Positions 35,701 to 44,606 of a stretch of 64,000 bases of DNA are shown in pieces. The notes below the pieces were generated by a model, which saw nothing but the letters and a program-made list of their open reading frames with translations, was not told the origin of the DNA and did not search any database. The position numbers and the translations under genes were made by a program. Source of the stretch: Thermoplasmatota archaeon (GTDB taxonomy: Archaea; Thermoplasmatota; Thermoplasmata; UBA10834); the NCBI GenBank assembly GCA_040751795.1, contig JBFMHR010000001.1, forward strand, positions 384,001-448,000, given 5' to 3'. Position 1 is the first letter of the stretch. Each line of letters begins with the position of its first letter.

Positions 35701-38700
35701 AGACGTCGACTGTCTTGGGTCCGTCGATCTCCAATCCGTATGTCCTGGAGAGAAAGATGAGTTGCACATGATATACATCGATAGGACGGATCGACTCACG
35801 TACCAACGATACCAGCTAGATGATTGCCCTGAACCAGTAAGCCTTGATGTGAGCGACGGGAGTCTCCCTTCGATGTCGATTGATATGAACGGGGACATGC
35901 ATGTGCAATATGCTTCAGACGGGAAGGTGTGGGAAATGCACACGTCGCCCGGAGACGGTGTATGGAGTGACGTCGTGGAATTTGGAGAAGGTGACGTATA
36001 TGAAATCACGGGCCTCTCCAGCGGAGAGAAGCTGGAGTCGAAGAATTTCATATCCTTCATGGACCTATCCACATATCCTTACCAGTACGAAATATTCTTT
36101 GGAACTCTGCCGCTGCCGGCCGACGTCATTGGCCCGTACGGCGACCCGTGGAGTGCAGGCGGCATCAATCAGGACCAACCTTTCAACATGGGAGTGACGG
36201 ACATCATCTCCCCGGGCAATGGTCTGTTGTATCTCTTCCAGAACGATTTTGTGGTACCGGAACGCGGAACTGACATAGTGGTCTCCCACTTCTACAGCGC
36301 CCCGCAGTACTTTGTGGCAAACTCCGTCGGCGTCCTAGTCCCATATCTGCAGTATTCGTTCCCTTACTGCAAGATGGGCGATGGGTGGCAGTTGAACTTG
36401 CCGTGGATAGATGACACCTATGTCCATCTCTGGAGCGGCACGAGAGTGAAGATCGATTGGGATGGCGACCACTTCAACAACACTCGGGGACAGCCCTTCT
36501 TCCTGAAGAGACTGTCCGTTGGATACCAGCTGGACCTCCAGGATGGCATGCGCATACTATTCGACTCCGATGGTGCTCCTAGCTATGTCATATCCGACAG
36601 AGCGGTGAACCCTTCGCTTCATGACTACAAGTTAGAATACGCTGTAAATGGGGAGGAGAAGCGTCTGAGCTTGATAAGGGATACAGTGGATCGATATGTT
36701 GCGTTCCTGTACAATGTAGATGGAAGGCTCTCAGGAATAAGATACGACACCAGCACAGTATCGTTCACTTACTCAGGAGGCCTACTGACAGGCGTGACTG
36801 ACCCCATAGGAAGAGCCACGAGCTTCTCGTATTGTGACATCGCTGGTTTCCCTTCGATGTTGATAGACTCCGTGATTCTCCCTTCGTCGTCTGCAGGAAG
36901 TGGACGGATAGACTACCTCTATGTACCGATTGACGTCGGCAGCGACGCCCGCGCTTACGTGGTGAGTTGCCGGTATATCCCCAACGAGAACTACAGAATG
37001 TACTCCTATACAGTCGTGGATGGTGTCATCACTTGCACGACGGTCAACGACTACAGCATCCACGAGGCTACGGAAGTCGACTGGGTCGGCGCGACTGTGT
37101 ACAACTTCGATTCTGACGCCAAAGCTAGCACCACAACCTACTTCGGACATGACTCGTATGAGTACCCCTACGGCACAGATACCGTCCCGTTGAAGAGGAC
37201 GGTCTCGAGGTACTCCCCGGACGGACGGGCGGTGACCTCGGAGACCTACTACGACTTCATGTCTGAACCGGATGTGTTCACTTCGTACTCGGACAGCCGG
37301 GGAAACACGATATACTCCAAGGATGCGAGAGGCCACGAAACCTTCGCATCATACTCTAACACAACGACCAGGAACGCCTTCTACAGACCTCCTCAGCTTG
37401 AGAAGACGACAAGCGGGAAGATCATGTTCGACGATTTCAACGACTGGCATGATGATGGATGGTCGAAATCGTCAGGAGGATACTGTACGATAGGCAACTA
37501 CCTACTCAACGACACTTATGACCCAAGCTGCAAATTGCGGGCCACGAGTAGCGCCTTTGTATTGTCCAAGGATTTGACACCCGGGGAGTCCGGCCTCGCC
37601 AAACTCATCATCGACTGCATGCTTGAGATAGAGACCACAGATAGCGATATGGCAATAATGCTTACCAGCGAGTCTGGTACCCTCCTCACGGGGATACGGT
37701 TCTGCTACAGCACGTGGTGGAACGACTACTACATATTCTATCTAAGAAGTGACGGAATCTGGGACAAGACCGGAGTCAAGTACTCATCAGACACCCCTTT
37801 CAGGGTGACTCTCTCAGTCCAGATATCTTCAGGAAATGTCAGCACGGAATTCTACATTGACGGAGCATGGAAGTTCACGTGCCCGCAAAGGTATGTTGGC
37901 ACAAACGTCGTGAAGTATCTGAAGGTAAGCCAAGACTACAGAGGATCAGTACCTGAATGCGTGATTGACAACGTGAAGGTCTTCGCAAACTGGGACGTCA
38001 CTGTCACTGGTCTCTCAAGCGGCATGTTTGTGGAGATCTACGACAGCAGAGGGAACTTCGTCGAAAGGAAGAAGGCCGGCGGCCCCTCCGTTACATTCAC
38101 GTTTACTCCTTCAAAATCATTCATGCCACACGGTAACATCATAGTCAGGAACGACACGAGCGTCATAAACCTCGTTGACTCATACAGAGAGATATGGGGC
38201 GGTGACACTTACCGGTACAGCGATAGCTCTCTGATGAAATCCGCAGTATCCAGAACTTACAGCGGCATAGATTTCGCGACCACCACAATCTTGGATGAGT
38301 CGGTTGACTCGACTAAGTATGACCTGATTGGGGCCTTCAATTTCGTCTCCGACGCGAACCTGGTACTGAGCCAGAGCAACTACCACCACGACGAATTCTC
38401 AGCTGGTGTGGGCTATCACGGATACAAGCCTAAGGTTGGCGTGAATCCCACGAACTTCTACGTATCTAGCACGTCCTATATCGTCCAGTTCGTGTACCTA
38501 GAGGCAAGCGCGATGCCTATTGAAATCGGAATGCGATACTACTCCACGGCCAACGGATGGTCGAACATGGCGTTCTGGGGAACCGATGCCATCACTCTCG
38601 ATGACGGAAAGACCGAGTATCGAAGAGGGGACATGCCGACATCAGGTCAGTGGGTCATGTTGGTCACCAAGGCTTCTGACATCGGATGGAGCTCGTACTA

Positions 38701-41700
38701 CCTAAGTGGAATGAACTTCACGCACCTCGGAGGCGATCCGCGTTACGACAAGACCGCATTCACGTCCGACACGAGCTTCGGCAAGATCCGAGTCACGGGT
38801 CTGACGGCTGGACAGAGAGTTGACATCCGGCATCCGAACGGGACAATGATAACCTCAGGGATTGCGACGTCGACATACCTTGACCTGGACCTCTACGCAG
38901 CAGGCATACATGCGTTTCCGTTGAGCGGCTATTTCGTATTCTATGACACTGCTGGCCAGGTTGCCTATGAGAGCTCCGTCTTCAGGGGCATCTATCCGAA
39001 GGATTCCTATGCGTACAATCTTGCGAACAGCCCGTTCTACACGAACTCACACGTCCCGGAAGGATACACTGGGCTTGCCACGGGGACGATGCAGTATACG
39101 GATGCGGCTCGCACGACCTCCATGGAGACCTACATGAAATTTGGACGGCTCTCTGGATCGACGTGGGTGGAGAACTCTCTGGTAAGTGAGACGAAGACGA
39201 AGGACGGGACCGTCTGGCGCGCGACTCAGTATGAATACGACCAGTATGGAAACACTGTCAAGGTGACTGATCCGAGAGGGGTGGTGATGAACTACTGCTA
39301 CGAACGATCGGGTACGTTCCTTGATTCGAGCTGGATGATACTCGCAAGTACTCCAATTGGCCAGCAGAACCTCTCGGCAAGATTCGATTACTACAGCAAT
39401 GGCCTCCTAAGAAGCGAGACCGACGCCAAGGGCTATGTCACCAACTATGAGTATGACAGCGTCGGCAGAGTGACAAAGGTGACATACCCATCTCTCGACG
39501 GCGTTTTGGTGAGCATCGACTACATCTACGACAATGTCAACCAGATCGTGACTTACCGTGATGCCATTGACACGATGAGCAAGACTTACTACGATTCATT
39601 TGGCAGAGTCTGGAAGGAGCAAAGGTACACATCCGGCGGAACGTCGTATTCGTACCGCACCTACACGTACGGCTGGAACGGCAGGGTGTGCGAGATCACT
39701 GACGCTCTAGGGAGGGGCACGCACGTCGACTACGACTACTTTGGCAGAATAGTCAAGGCGTACAACTCAGACGAGACGGCTGTAAGAACATATTACGATG
39801 ACAGGAACAGGACGGTCTCACAGTTCGATGAACTAGGCCACAGGAAAGACATAGTGTATGACTCCATCGGACGGACGATCCGCTCGGTACAATATCTGGG
39901 AGAAGAGCAAATAGTCAATAGCATGACGTATGACGACATTGGGAACTTGCTCACCGTCACAGACAATGCAGGATTGATGACGGCCTATACATACGACAAT
40001 ATGGCCAGACTGAAATCCGTCACATATCCCTATGGCGTCAACGAGGTTTTGTACTATGATGCTGCGAGCAGGCTCGAGAGGATTGACCGGTCAGGGACGA
40101 CCTATGACTTGCTCTATCAGTACGATGATGCTGGAAGGCTCCTGAAGAAGTACTACACGAACGGCGATTGCTCGAATTACACCTACGACCCGAATGGCAA
40201 CATAGTGTATGCATCCTGCACAAGCTGCTTCACTACAACGGTGACGACAAGGAGCTACGACGAGTGGGACAGGCTCGAAGAGGAGGTCACCACCCTGGAC
40301 AAGTCGTCCTACTCTGTCAAGTTCACGTACGATACAAGGAGCAACTTGATGACAATCGACGCGATTGACAGCTCGTACGTCGTATCCTACACCTATGATG
40401 AATTCAACCGGATGAAGACCGCGAGCCTGAAGGCAGGCCGCACCACATTGTCACTGGCCAGCATGAACTACAACACCCGTGACCAGATGACATCGATTTC
40501 CTATGGAAACGGTGTGACGACATCCTTCACACTGGACCCGACTCGTGGGTGGATTGACAGGATACTCGTGTCCAAGTCGTCGACGTCTCTTCTTGATTTG
40601 AATTATCAACGAGATGCGACAGGCCGAACCACTCAAGTGAACGCCTATCGGACATATGTCTACGACGACCTAGGGCGCCTGACCTATGCGAACGACACCT
40701 CGGCATATGGTCACATCGCATATACATATGACTCATACGGCAACCGCAAGACCATGACAAGGGAATCGACCACTACGACTTACAGCTACGACGAGTACAT
40801 GCGCCTCAGGCAAGCAGTCACTGGAACCTCTGTCAAGACCTTCACATATGATAGCGTGAGGGGGAACCTTGCCACAAAGGCAGACACGTCTGCGAGTTAT
40901 GAGTTCCATTACGACGCCGACGACAGAATGTACCTGCTACTGCAGAATGGTGGAGTCGCAGGGTACTATACGTACGACGCCTTCGGACGCAGGGCGAAGG
41001 TCATTGAAGGAGATGTGACTGAGACCACCATCTACGCCGGGTCGGCACCCCTCGTCACGATAAGCGGAAGCGGCAATAAGATCACGAAGACCCTCCACGC
41101 ATACGCCAATGGAATCCATATAGCCAAGTATGTGTCAAAATACGTCTACTACTATCACCAGGATGAAGTAGGCAGTGTACGGCTTGTGACAGACAAGTTC
41201 GGTGCGGTCGTATTCGATACGGATTACCTGCCGTTCGGTGAGTTATTCATGCCGGATGGGCAGGAGGACTTCCTGTTCGTGGACGGCCGAGCCTCCAAGT
41301 ATGCGGGGCTGATAAGTCTAGGTGCCAGATACTACGACCCCGACGCAGGCAGGTTTACGACACCTGACAAGGTCGTCGGCGCCCTGCCTACTCCCATCAC
41401 CATGAACAGATGGGTATACTGTCACAATGACCCGATAAACAAGGTGGACGCGTCTGGGATGTGGCCGTGGGACAATATAGTGAACACCATAGTTGATGGA
41501 GCCATTGACTTACTCGACGCCGGGGCGAACCTCGTGGGTGATGCAATTGAGTTCGTTGCGGACGTCGTCGTGGAGACGGTGGAGACGGCCATTGAAGTGA
41601 TCGAGACAGCTGTCGATGTCGCCGTTGCATTGGTGGTCGAAGTCGTAGAGGCGGTCAAAACGGTCGCTGAGATCGTCGTCGCGGGCTGCGAGGCGATCAA

Positions 41701-42238
41701 GGTTGCCTGGGACAACCTTGACCCAGGGCTGAAGCAATGGATTGTCATGGGCTTGTCCATAGCGGCTTCAATCGCCCTTCCAGGGATAGGAGGCGTCCTT
41801 GTCAGCTGCCTGATTGACGGTACGTTCATCGACATGGTAACGGCAATAAGCACTGGGGATTGGGCCATGCTCGGCATGTGCGCATTGGCGTTCATACCGG
41901 GTGGGAAGGCGCTGAAGGGATTGAAGGGTCTTGGTGGGCTTGGAGACGTCGCGAAGGTTGGCAAGAAAGCGCCGAAGCGAGTCGCGGTCATTGGTGAGAC
42001 TCAGGCACGAGTCGACGCAGCTGCCGCGAAATATGGTGGTGAAACCATGCCGAAACTACCTCCGGGGAATAGAATGGCAGAAAACCGTGCCTGGATAAAC
42101 TCCAAGATGGATGAAGGATATATCATTGTGGACATTGGGCTGGACCCGAATAAGGCTCGACGTGGGTCTTACTATGCAATGGAATTGCATGAGATACTCG
42201 TATCGAGGAATTATCAACGATACTATCCGGTCCCCTAG
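32738..42238 (+). CDS. Giant secreted Rhs/YD-repeat polymorphic toxin (3166 aa)
   Basis: N-terminal hydrophobic signal; four SPNGGE Ig-like repeats; many YD repeats; core YYHQDEVGSVR...ARYYDPDAGRF...DPINKVDASG; then an amphipathic linker, TM, GDW...IPGGK pre-toxin motif and ~90-aa C-terminal domain. The start may be ATG ~32792. Confidence 0.92.
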   Translation: MGTVKESTVRGSGAGTSGMPEIDRGTSARTLSRRVHTFALAFAIIATVLLIFVAFAPAAQASCEDALNSYAYDLPSNSDQLATSEEESTWADDGETSSPEPPSIDELSDLGHGFETRSFYSQIDPNVVNVLGSEDSSDAPHSSYQETDTLGSNDSYGFPSLENETSSDYWNSNAFGRYRLSADDYSKMVLYDSGSMQVASAWFDVESDIGATLGTATIVSRTSSHILTSQPLVLGEDDIGELLILTEFRFAEKPKVTAELSSAWIDELSVSWNIQLMFDAIQTPDDLFNVTDLVDGPSMSIAGHSVEVGTMSDEGRWQSRLGLDWSDAGCGDFSVRNMGLDNIAKIVFPKGMGLVDPTIVCTSYYQNSLPGAPFRNTVYSGGSYWLFVAGHNWIQYHRSDDQGVTWSEPTYFAEIYCPQRPGTFDVAVQNNQVAVAWMDLWNTEQYEVRYIDGYITGSSISWNTAIYVDSVMSGHYGWFGGVTLGVDGTAYVCYAEKKLDDSGVYLLGLTTMKKPFDSNSFSEFANTFPEYPILPGSVPFIRPMSVTTGADSVAFTALVGVDTVDPEPISYVITVVSPNGGEEWMRETYYDILWTTEPGIGYVKIELYQNGNPFYVIDYSDYNDGHYEWRVPSTLPTGQYYLRVSDTGDPDVWDESDDPFSIVLVPLCVISPNGGEEWARDTYHDILWTIASGIGYVKIALYQNGNLFYSIDSSDPNDGYYEWRVPALFTVGQYYLRVSDASHPDVWDESDNAFSIVLSATTLRVTSPNGGEEWWQGSTHLITWTTSLTLPGVIELWNVASNQGTQLAPVELSLGQFSWVISSSQAIGDNYKIRIRSAFGGYEDWSDSVFRIVPVPPSSISVLCPNGGETLYYGRSFYVNWTSEGTVATGPVKIALYSEGWQRLLITDETENDGSYRCSWSPDWWLDHGAKYQVRVSSLVDTGIYDYSDAFFSMSFFIPKEGIDHSSILVNVYRPNANTWALSAWDIIDVDCLGSVDLQSVCPGEKDELHMIYIDRTDRLTYQRYQLDDCPEPVSLDVSDGSLPSMSIDMNGDMHVQYASDGKVWEMHTSPGDGVWSDVVEFGEGDVYEITGLSSGEKLESKNFISFMDLSTYPYQYEIFFGTLPLPADVIGPYGDPWSAGGINQDQPFNMGVTDIISPGNGLLYLFQNDFVVPERGTDIVVSHFYSAPQYFVANSVGVLVPYLQYSFPYCKMGDGWQLNLPWIDDTYVHLWSGTRVKIDWDGDHFNNTRGQPFFLKRLSVGYQLDLQDGMRILFDSDGAPSYVISDRAVNPSLHDYKLEYAVNGEEKRLSLIRDTVDRYVAFLYNVDGRLSGIRYDTSTVSFTYSGGLLTGVTDPIGRATSFSYCDIAGFPSMLIDSVILPSSSAGSGRIDYLYVPIDVGSDARAYVVSCRYIPNENYRMYSYTVVDGVITCTTVNDYSIHEATEVDWVGATVYNFDSDAKASTTTYFGHDSYEYPYGTDTVPLKRTVSRYSPDGRAVTSETYYDFMSEPDVFTSYSDSRGNTIYSKDARGHETFASYSNTTTRNAFYRPPQLEKTTSGKIMFDDFNDWHDDGWSKSSGGYCTIGNYLLNDTYDPSCKLRATSSAFVLSKDLTPGESGLAKLIIDCMLEIETTDSDMAIMLTSESGTLLTGIRFCYSTWWNDYYIFYLRSDGIWDKTGVKYSSDTPFRVTLSVQISSGNVSTEFYIDGAWKFTCPQRYVGTNVVKYLKVSQDYRGSVPECVIDNVKVFANWDVTVTGLSSGMFVEIYDSRGNFVERKKAGGPSVTFTFTPSKSFMPHGNIIVRNDTSVINLVDSYREIWGGDTYRYSDSSLMKSAVSRTYSGIDFATTTILDESVDSTKYDLIGAFNFVSDANLVLSQSNYHHDEFSAGVGYHGYKPKVGVNPTNFYVSSTSYIVQFVYLEASAMPIEIGMRYYSTANGWSNMAFWGTDAITLDDGKTEYRRGDMPTSGQWVMLVTKASDIGWSSYYLSGMNFTHLGGDPRYDKTAFTSDTSFGKIRVTGLTAGQRVDIRHPNGTMITSGIATSTYLDLDLYAAGIHAFPLSGYFVFYDTAGQVAYESSVFRGIYPKDSYAYNLANSPFYTNSHVPEGYTGLATGTMQYTDAARTTSMETYMKFGRLSGSTWVENSLVSETKTKDGTVWRATQYEYDQYGNTVKVTDPRGVVMNYCYERSGTFLDSSWMILASTPIGQQNLSARFDYYSNGLLRSETDAKGYVTNYEYDSVGRVTKVTYPSLDGVLVSIDYIYDNVNQIVTYRDAIDTMSKTYYDSFGRVWKEQRYTSGGTSYSYRTYTYGWNGRVCEITDALGRGTHVDYDYFGRIVKAYNSDETAVRTYYDDRNRTVSQFDELGHRKDIVYDSIGRTIRSVQYLGEEQIVNSMTYDDIGNLLTVTDNAGLMTAYTYDNMARLKSVTYPYGVNEVLYYDAASRLERIDRSGTTYDLLYQYDDAGRLLKKYYTNGDCSNYTYDPNGNIVYASCTSCFTTTVTTRSYDEWDRLEEEVTTLDKSSYSVKFTYDTRSNLMTIDAIDSSYVVSYTYDEFNRMKTASLKAGRTTLSLASMNYNTRDQMTSISYGNGVTTSFTLDPTRGWIDRILVSKSSTSLLDLNYQRDATGRTTQVNAYRTYVYDDLGRLTYANDTSAYGHIAYTYDSYGNRKTMTRESTTTTYSYDEYMRLRQAVTGTSVKTFTYDSVRGNLATKADTSASYEFHYDADDRMYLLLQNGGVAGYYTYDAFGRRAKVIEGDVTETTIYAGSAPLVTISGSGNKITKTLHAYANGIHIAKYVSKYVYYYHQDEVGSVRLVTDKFGAVVFDTDYLPFGELFMPDGQEDFLFVDGRASKYAGLISLGARYYDPDAGRFTTPDKVVGALPTPITMNRWVYCHNDPINKVDASGMWPWDNIVNTIVDGAIDLLDAGANLVGDAIEFVADVVVETVETAIEVIETAVDVAVALVVEVVEAVKTVAEIVVAGCEAIKVAWDNLDPGLKQWIVMGLSIAASIALPGIGGVLVSCLIDGTFIDMVTAISTGDWAMLGMCALAFIPGGKALKGLKGLGGLGDVAKVGKKAPKRVAVIGETQARVDAAAAKYGGETMPKLPPGNRMAENRAWINSKMDEGYIIVDIGLDPNKARRGSYYAMELHEILVSRNYQRYYPVP
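34465..35007 (+). repeat. Recent tandem duplication of an SPNGGE Ig-like domain within the Rhs gene
   Basis: Two ~280-bp units share long identical runs (CCGAACGGAGGAGAAGAGTGG, GGACAGTACTACCTGAGGGTGTCCGAT, GGGATGAGAGTGA). Confidence 0.85.
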
Positions 42239-42265
42239 CCCAAGTTCCCTGGAGGTCTTTGGCAA

Positions 42266-42829
42266 ATGCCCATTAAACTCAGACAGGAAGGCAGGCTCTG
42301 GATGGCTGAGGTCACCCCACCCCATGGCTGTTGGCAATCGCCCAGACCGATGATGGTTGGCGACTTGACTGAAGCATTGGCAGCTATTGGATGCCGACGA
42401 GAAGACATTGACCTTGCGCTACGAGAGACATACATGATTAAGCGAGAACAGGACGAGGATGATCGGATTCTGCCAAAACTGCGGCAGGCTCTCGATGGAA
42501 CATACGCGGTGCCCCCCCAGGAGCCAGGCGAAGAGGGCATCATAGCTTACATCCTGTTCGAACGAGAGTCTCCGCTGACTCTCTGGGAGATTTCCGACGC
42601 TTACGACTACTTGAACCGTGTGGGCTTAACCGCAGATGTTCTGGCTTGGGCGTTCGTGCGATTGAATGCGAGAGGATGGCTTGCTGAGCACGGCACTCTT
42701 TTCGGACTCACGACGGATGGTCGAAAGACCGTCACGCAGATTGTGGGCGAAGGTCGTATAGAGGACAAAATAGGCCGTCTGGTGGAATGGACCCAAGCCA
42801 ACCACCTCGCCATAGATACGAGGGCATGA
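42266..42829 (+). CDS. Putative immunity protein of the Rhs toxin (C-terminal wHTH-like region)
   Basis: Begins 27 bp after the Rhs stop with a GGAGGT RBS; the immunity role is inferred from position only. Confidence 0.55.
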   Translation: MPIKLRQEGRLWMAEVTPPHGCWQSPRPMMVGDLTEALAAIGCRREDIDLALRETYMIKREQDEDDRILPKLRQALDGTYAVPPQEPGEEGIIAYILFERESPLTLWEISDAYDYLNRVGLTADVLAWAFVRLNARGWLAEHGTLFGLTTDGRKTVTQIVGEGRIEDKIGRLVEWTQANHLAIDTRA

Positions 42830-43174
42830 CTCAATCCACCGTGAGAAGGAGCCATGGGGACGGAGAGAAGAGACAAGGAGCTGACTGAGGTGGAGTCACC
42901 TCCTCCTTCCCTTCATCCTAATTGAAACACCCACTCAGACTATCCCCACTGCCAAAGAACTCCACTTCGAGTAACCGAGCTCTCGCCCTTGATCACCAGC
43001 GAATTCTGACTCGATTTCAGGGTCCTTGCGCATTTTAATTCCGGGAAGACAATTTATGCTCAAGGGGGAACACACTCTCCCTCGGAGAAGAGGCTGTATG
43101 GGCGGACCAAGAACGAGCCGGCATCCCCACGAGAAGAGAGCGATGAAGAAGCTCATATCCTGGCACAACAGACT

Positions 43175-43225
43175 TCTGATTGAGATTCTGCCAGTCAATG
43201 CACTCCAGAGTCCGCTCCCTGCACA
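43175..43225. repeat. Degenerate second attR-like site
   Basis: TCTGATT-N8-GCCAG-N20-CTCCCTG has the same spacing as attR. GCTCCCTGCACA (43214-43225) is identical to 6657-6668. It lies near the return to host GC. Confidence 0.55.
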
Positions 43226-43304
43226 CTGCATAGATGCGCTCACTCGGAAGAGTAGCTTTTTAGCCGTCGAAGAGGATAGAGAGCCCGGAGAAAGACGCGC
43301 ACGC

Positions 43305-43526
43305 GTGCTCCCGGTGGTTCAGTTGGACGAACGATCATCTAGATTCGCCTTCAAGCTGGTGCCCTTCGTGGCCCTCCTCGTCGCAGGGGTCATACTGCTG
43401 GTGTTCGCCTCGACGACCATCTGGGCGGAAGGAGAGACCGTATTCTACCTTCCCCTAGGTATCCCGGGAATCGTGGCGGTCCTGGCAGGAGCCATAGGCA
43501 TATCCCTGGTCGCGCTCGCGAGATGA
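43305..43526 (+). CDS. Small 2-TM membrane protein (start uncertain)
   Basis: The C-terminal part of ORF 43026-43526 has two clear TM helices. Confidence 0.45.
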   Translation: MLPVVQLDERSSRFAFKLVPFVALLVAGVILLVFASTTIWAEGETVFYLPLGIPGIVAVLAGAIGISLVALAR

Positions 43527-43619
43527 GCATCTCCCAAAGAGACCTCCGTGCCGGAGGGCCTCCTTCCGCCGCAGAAAATCTATCTGTCAAGAACCGCATC
43601 GTCAGGCGGGTGCAGCCCG

Positions 43620-43880
43620 ATGACACATGCGGACAAGAAGGTAGTACCGAGGAAGAGGCTGATGCGCTTCACGGAGTTCTTCATCGTCGGCCTGATGATG
43701 GGCATCTCGGAGGACCTGATGGCGATATACTTCGCCACGGGGGAGACGATCACCATCCAAATCGTCGTCATAGCGTCCGCCGTATCGCTGCCGTTCGCGT
43801 TCTTCAGCGAGATGGTCGTGGACCACCCCGACTTCTGGCCCCACGTCCTGGGGAAGCTGAGGGCAAGGGCGGACCACTGA
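43620..43880 (+). CDS. Small membrane protein
   Basis: MTHADKK...RFTEFFIVGLMMGISEDLMAI...PFAFFSEMVVD; host-like codon usage. Confidence 0.65.
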   Translation: MTHADKKVVPRKRLMRFTEFFIVGLMMGISEDLMAIYFATGETITIQIVVIASAVSLPFAFFSEMVVDHPDFWPHVLGKLRARADH

Positions 43881-43938
43881 CCGCCTGGGAGCGGAGAATA
43901 CCCCAAGGCGGGCGGGGCTTGCGCATCCCATATGATGC

Positions 43939-44337
43939 ATGCTAGCCGGGCTGTGTGAGAAGTCTTTAACCCGTCGGGTGCGATTCGGTGATGGAGGAAC
44001 TGGAGGTTTGGATTTGCGAACCAAGGCGGACCGCACACGAGACGCGAATGTCTTTCTCCTCGTGGGTCTGCTAGTCATGGGACTAGGGGCCATGCCCCTC
44101 ATCAACGGCCTCTACGGATACTGTGTCATCGTGCCAGCGATCGAAGAATCGGGCGACGCCGTCAGTGATGCTGCGGCAGAGATGGGGATAGACGAGGTCC
44201 CGGCCCTCTCGGCCGACAGGCCTGCCCTGCTCTTCGCGGTCATGATCCTGACAGGCATCTGCATGGTCGCCAGCGGGGCGGCGCTGCTGTCCGTCGGACT
44301 GCTGAGGAGAAGGAGATGCGCTGAGGAAAGGCCTTAG
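43939..44337 (+). CDS. 2-TM membrane protein (true start probably ~44008)
   Basis: Two hydrophobic helices and a basic tail. Confidence 0.5.
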   Translation: MLAGLCEKSLTRRVRFGDGGTGGLDLRTKADRTRDANVFLLVGLLVMGLGAMPLINGLYGYCVIVPAIEESGDAVSDAAAEMGIDEVPALSADRPALLFAVMILTGICMVASGAALLSVGLLRRRRCAEERP

Positions 44338-44376
44338 AGCCAGAAGGACGATAGGGGTCCTCCGAGGTTCGGCTCC

Positions 44377-44583
44377 ATGGCAGGGATGAAAGGGATCGTC
44401 ATAATGGTCCTCATCTTCTTCTCGGTGATCGCACTCATGCAGTCCCTGCTGACGCTGCTGTCGAGCATCTACCCAGTCGGTGCACGCGAATCGGCCAACA
44501 GCGTCGCCCTGTTCGCCATGGGCGCAGGCTTCCTCGCCACCAGCATATTCGTGTGGAAGAAGTGGGAGGAGGACGGGGCCTAG
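44377..44583 (+). CDS. Small 2-TM membrane protein
   Basis: 68 aa with two TM helices; GAGGT RBS. Confidence 0.55.
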   Translation: MAGMKGIVIMVLIFFSVIALMQSLLTLLSSIYPVGARESANSVALFAMGAGFLATSIFVWKKWEEDGA

Positions 44584-44606
44584 GCCATGGACCGAGGAGC
44601 CGGGAC

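Noticed and set aside
43013-43032. GATTTCAGGGTC resembling the tRNA-Leu anticodon arm
   Set aside because: Too short and without a cloverleaf context; probably chance.
6652-43225. Provirus or conjugative element
   Set aside because: No recognisable capsid, packaging ATPase, replication helicase/primase, relaxase or VirB4 genes.
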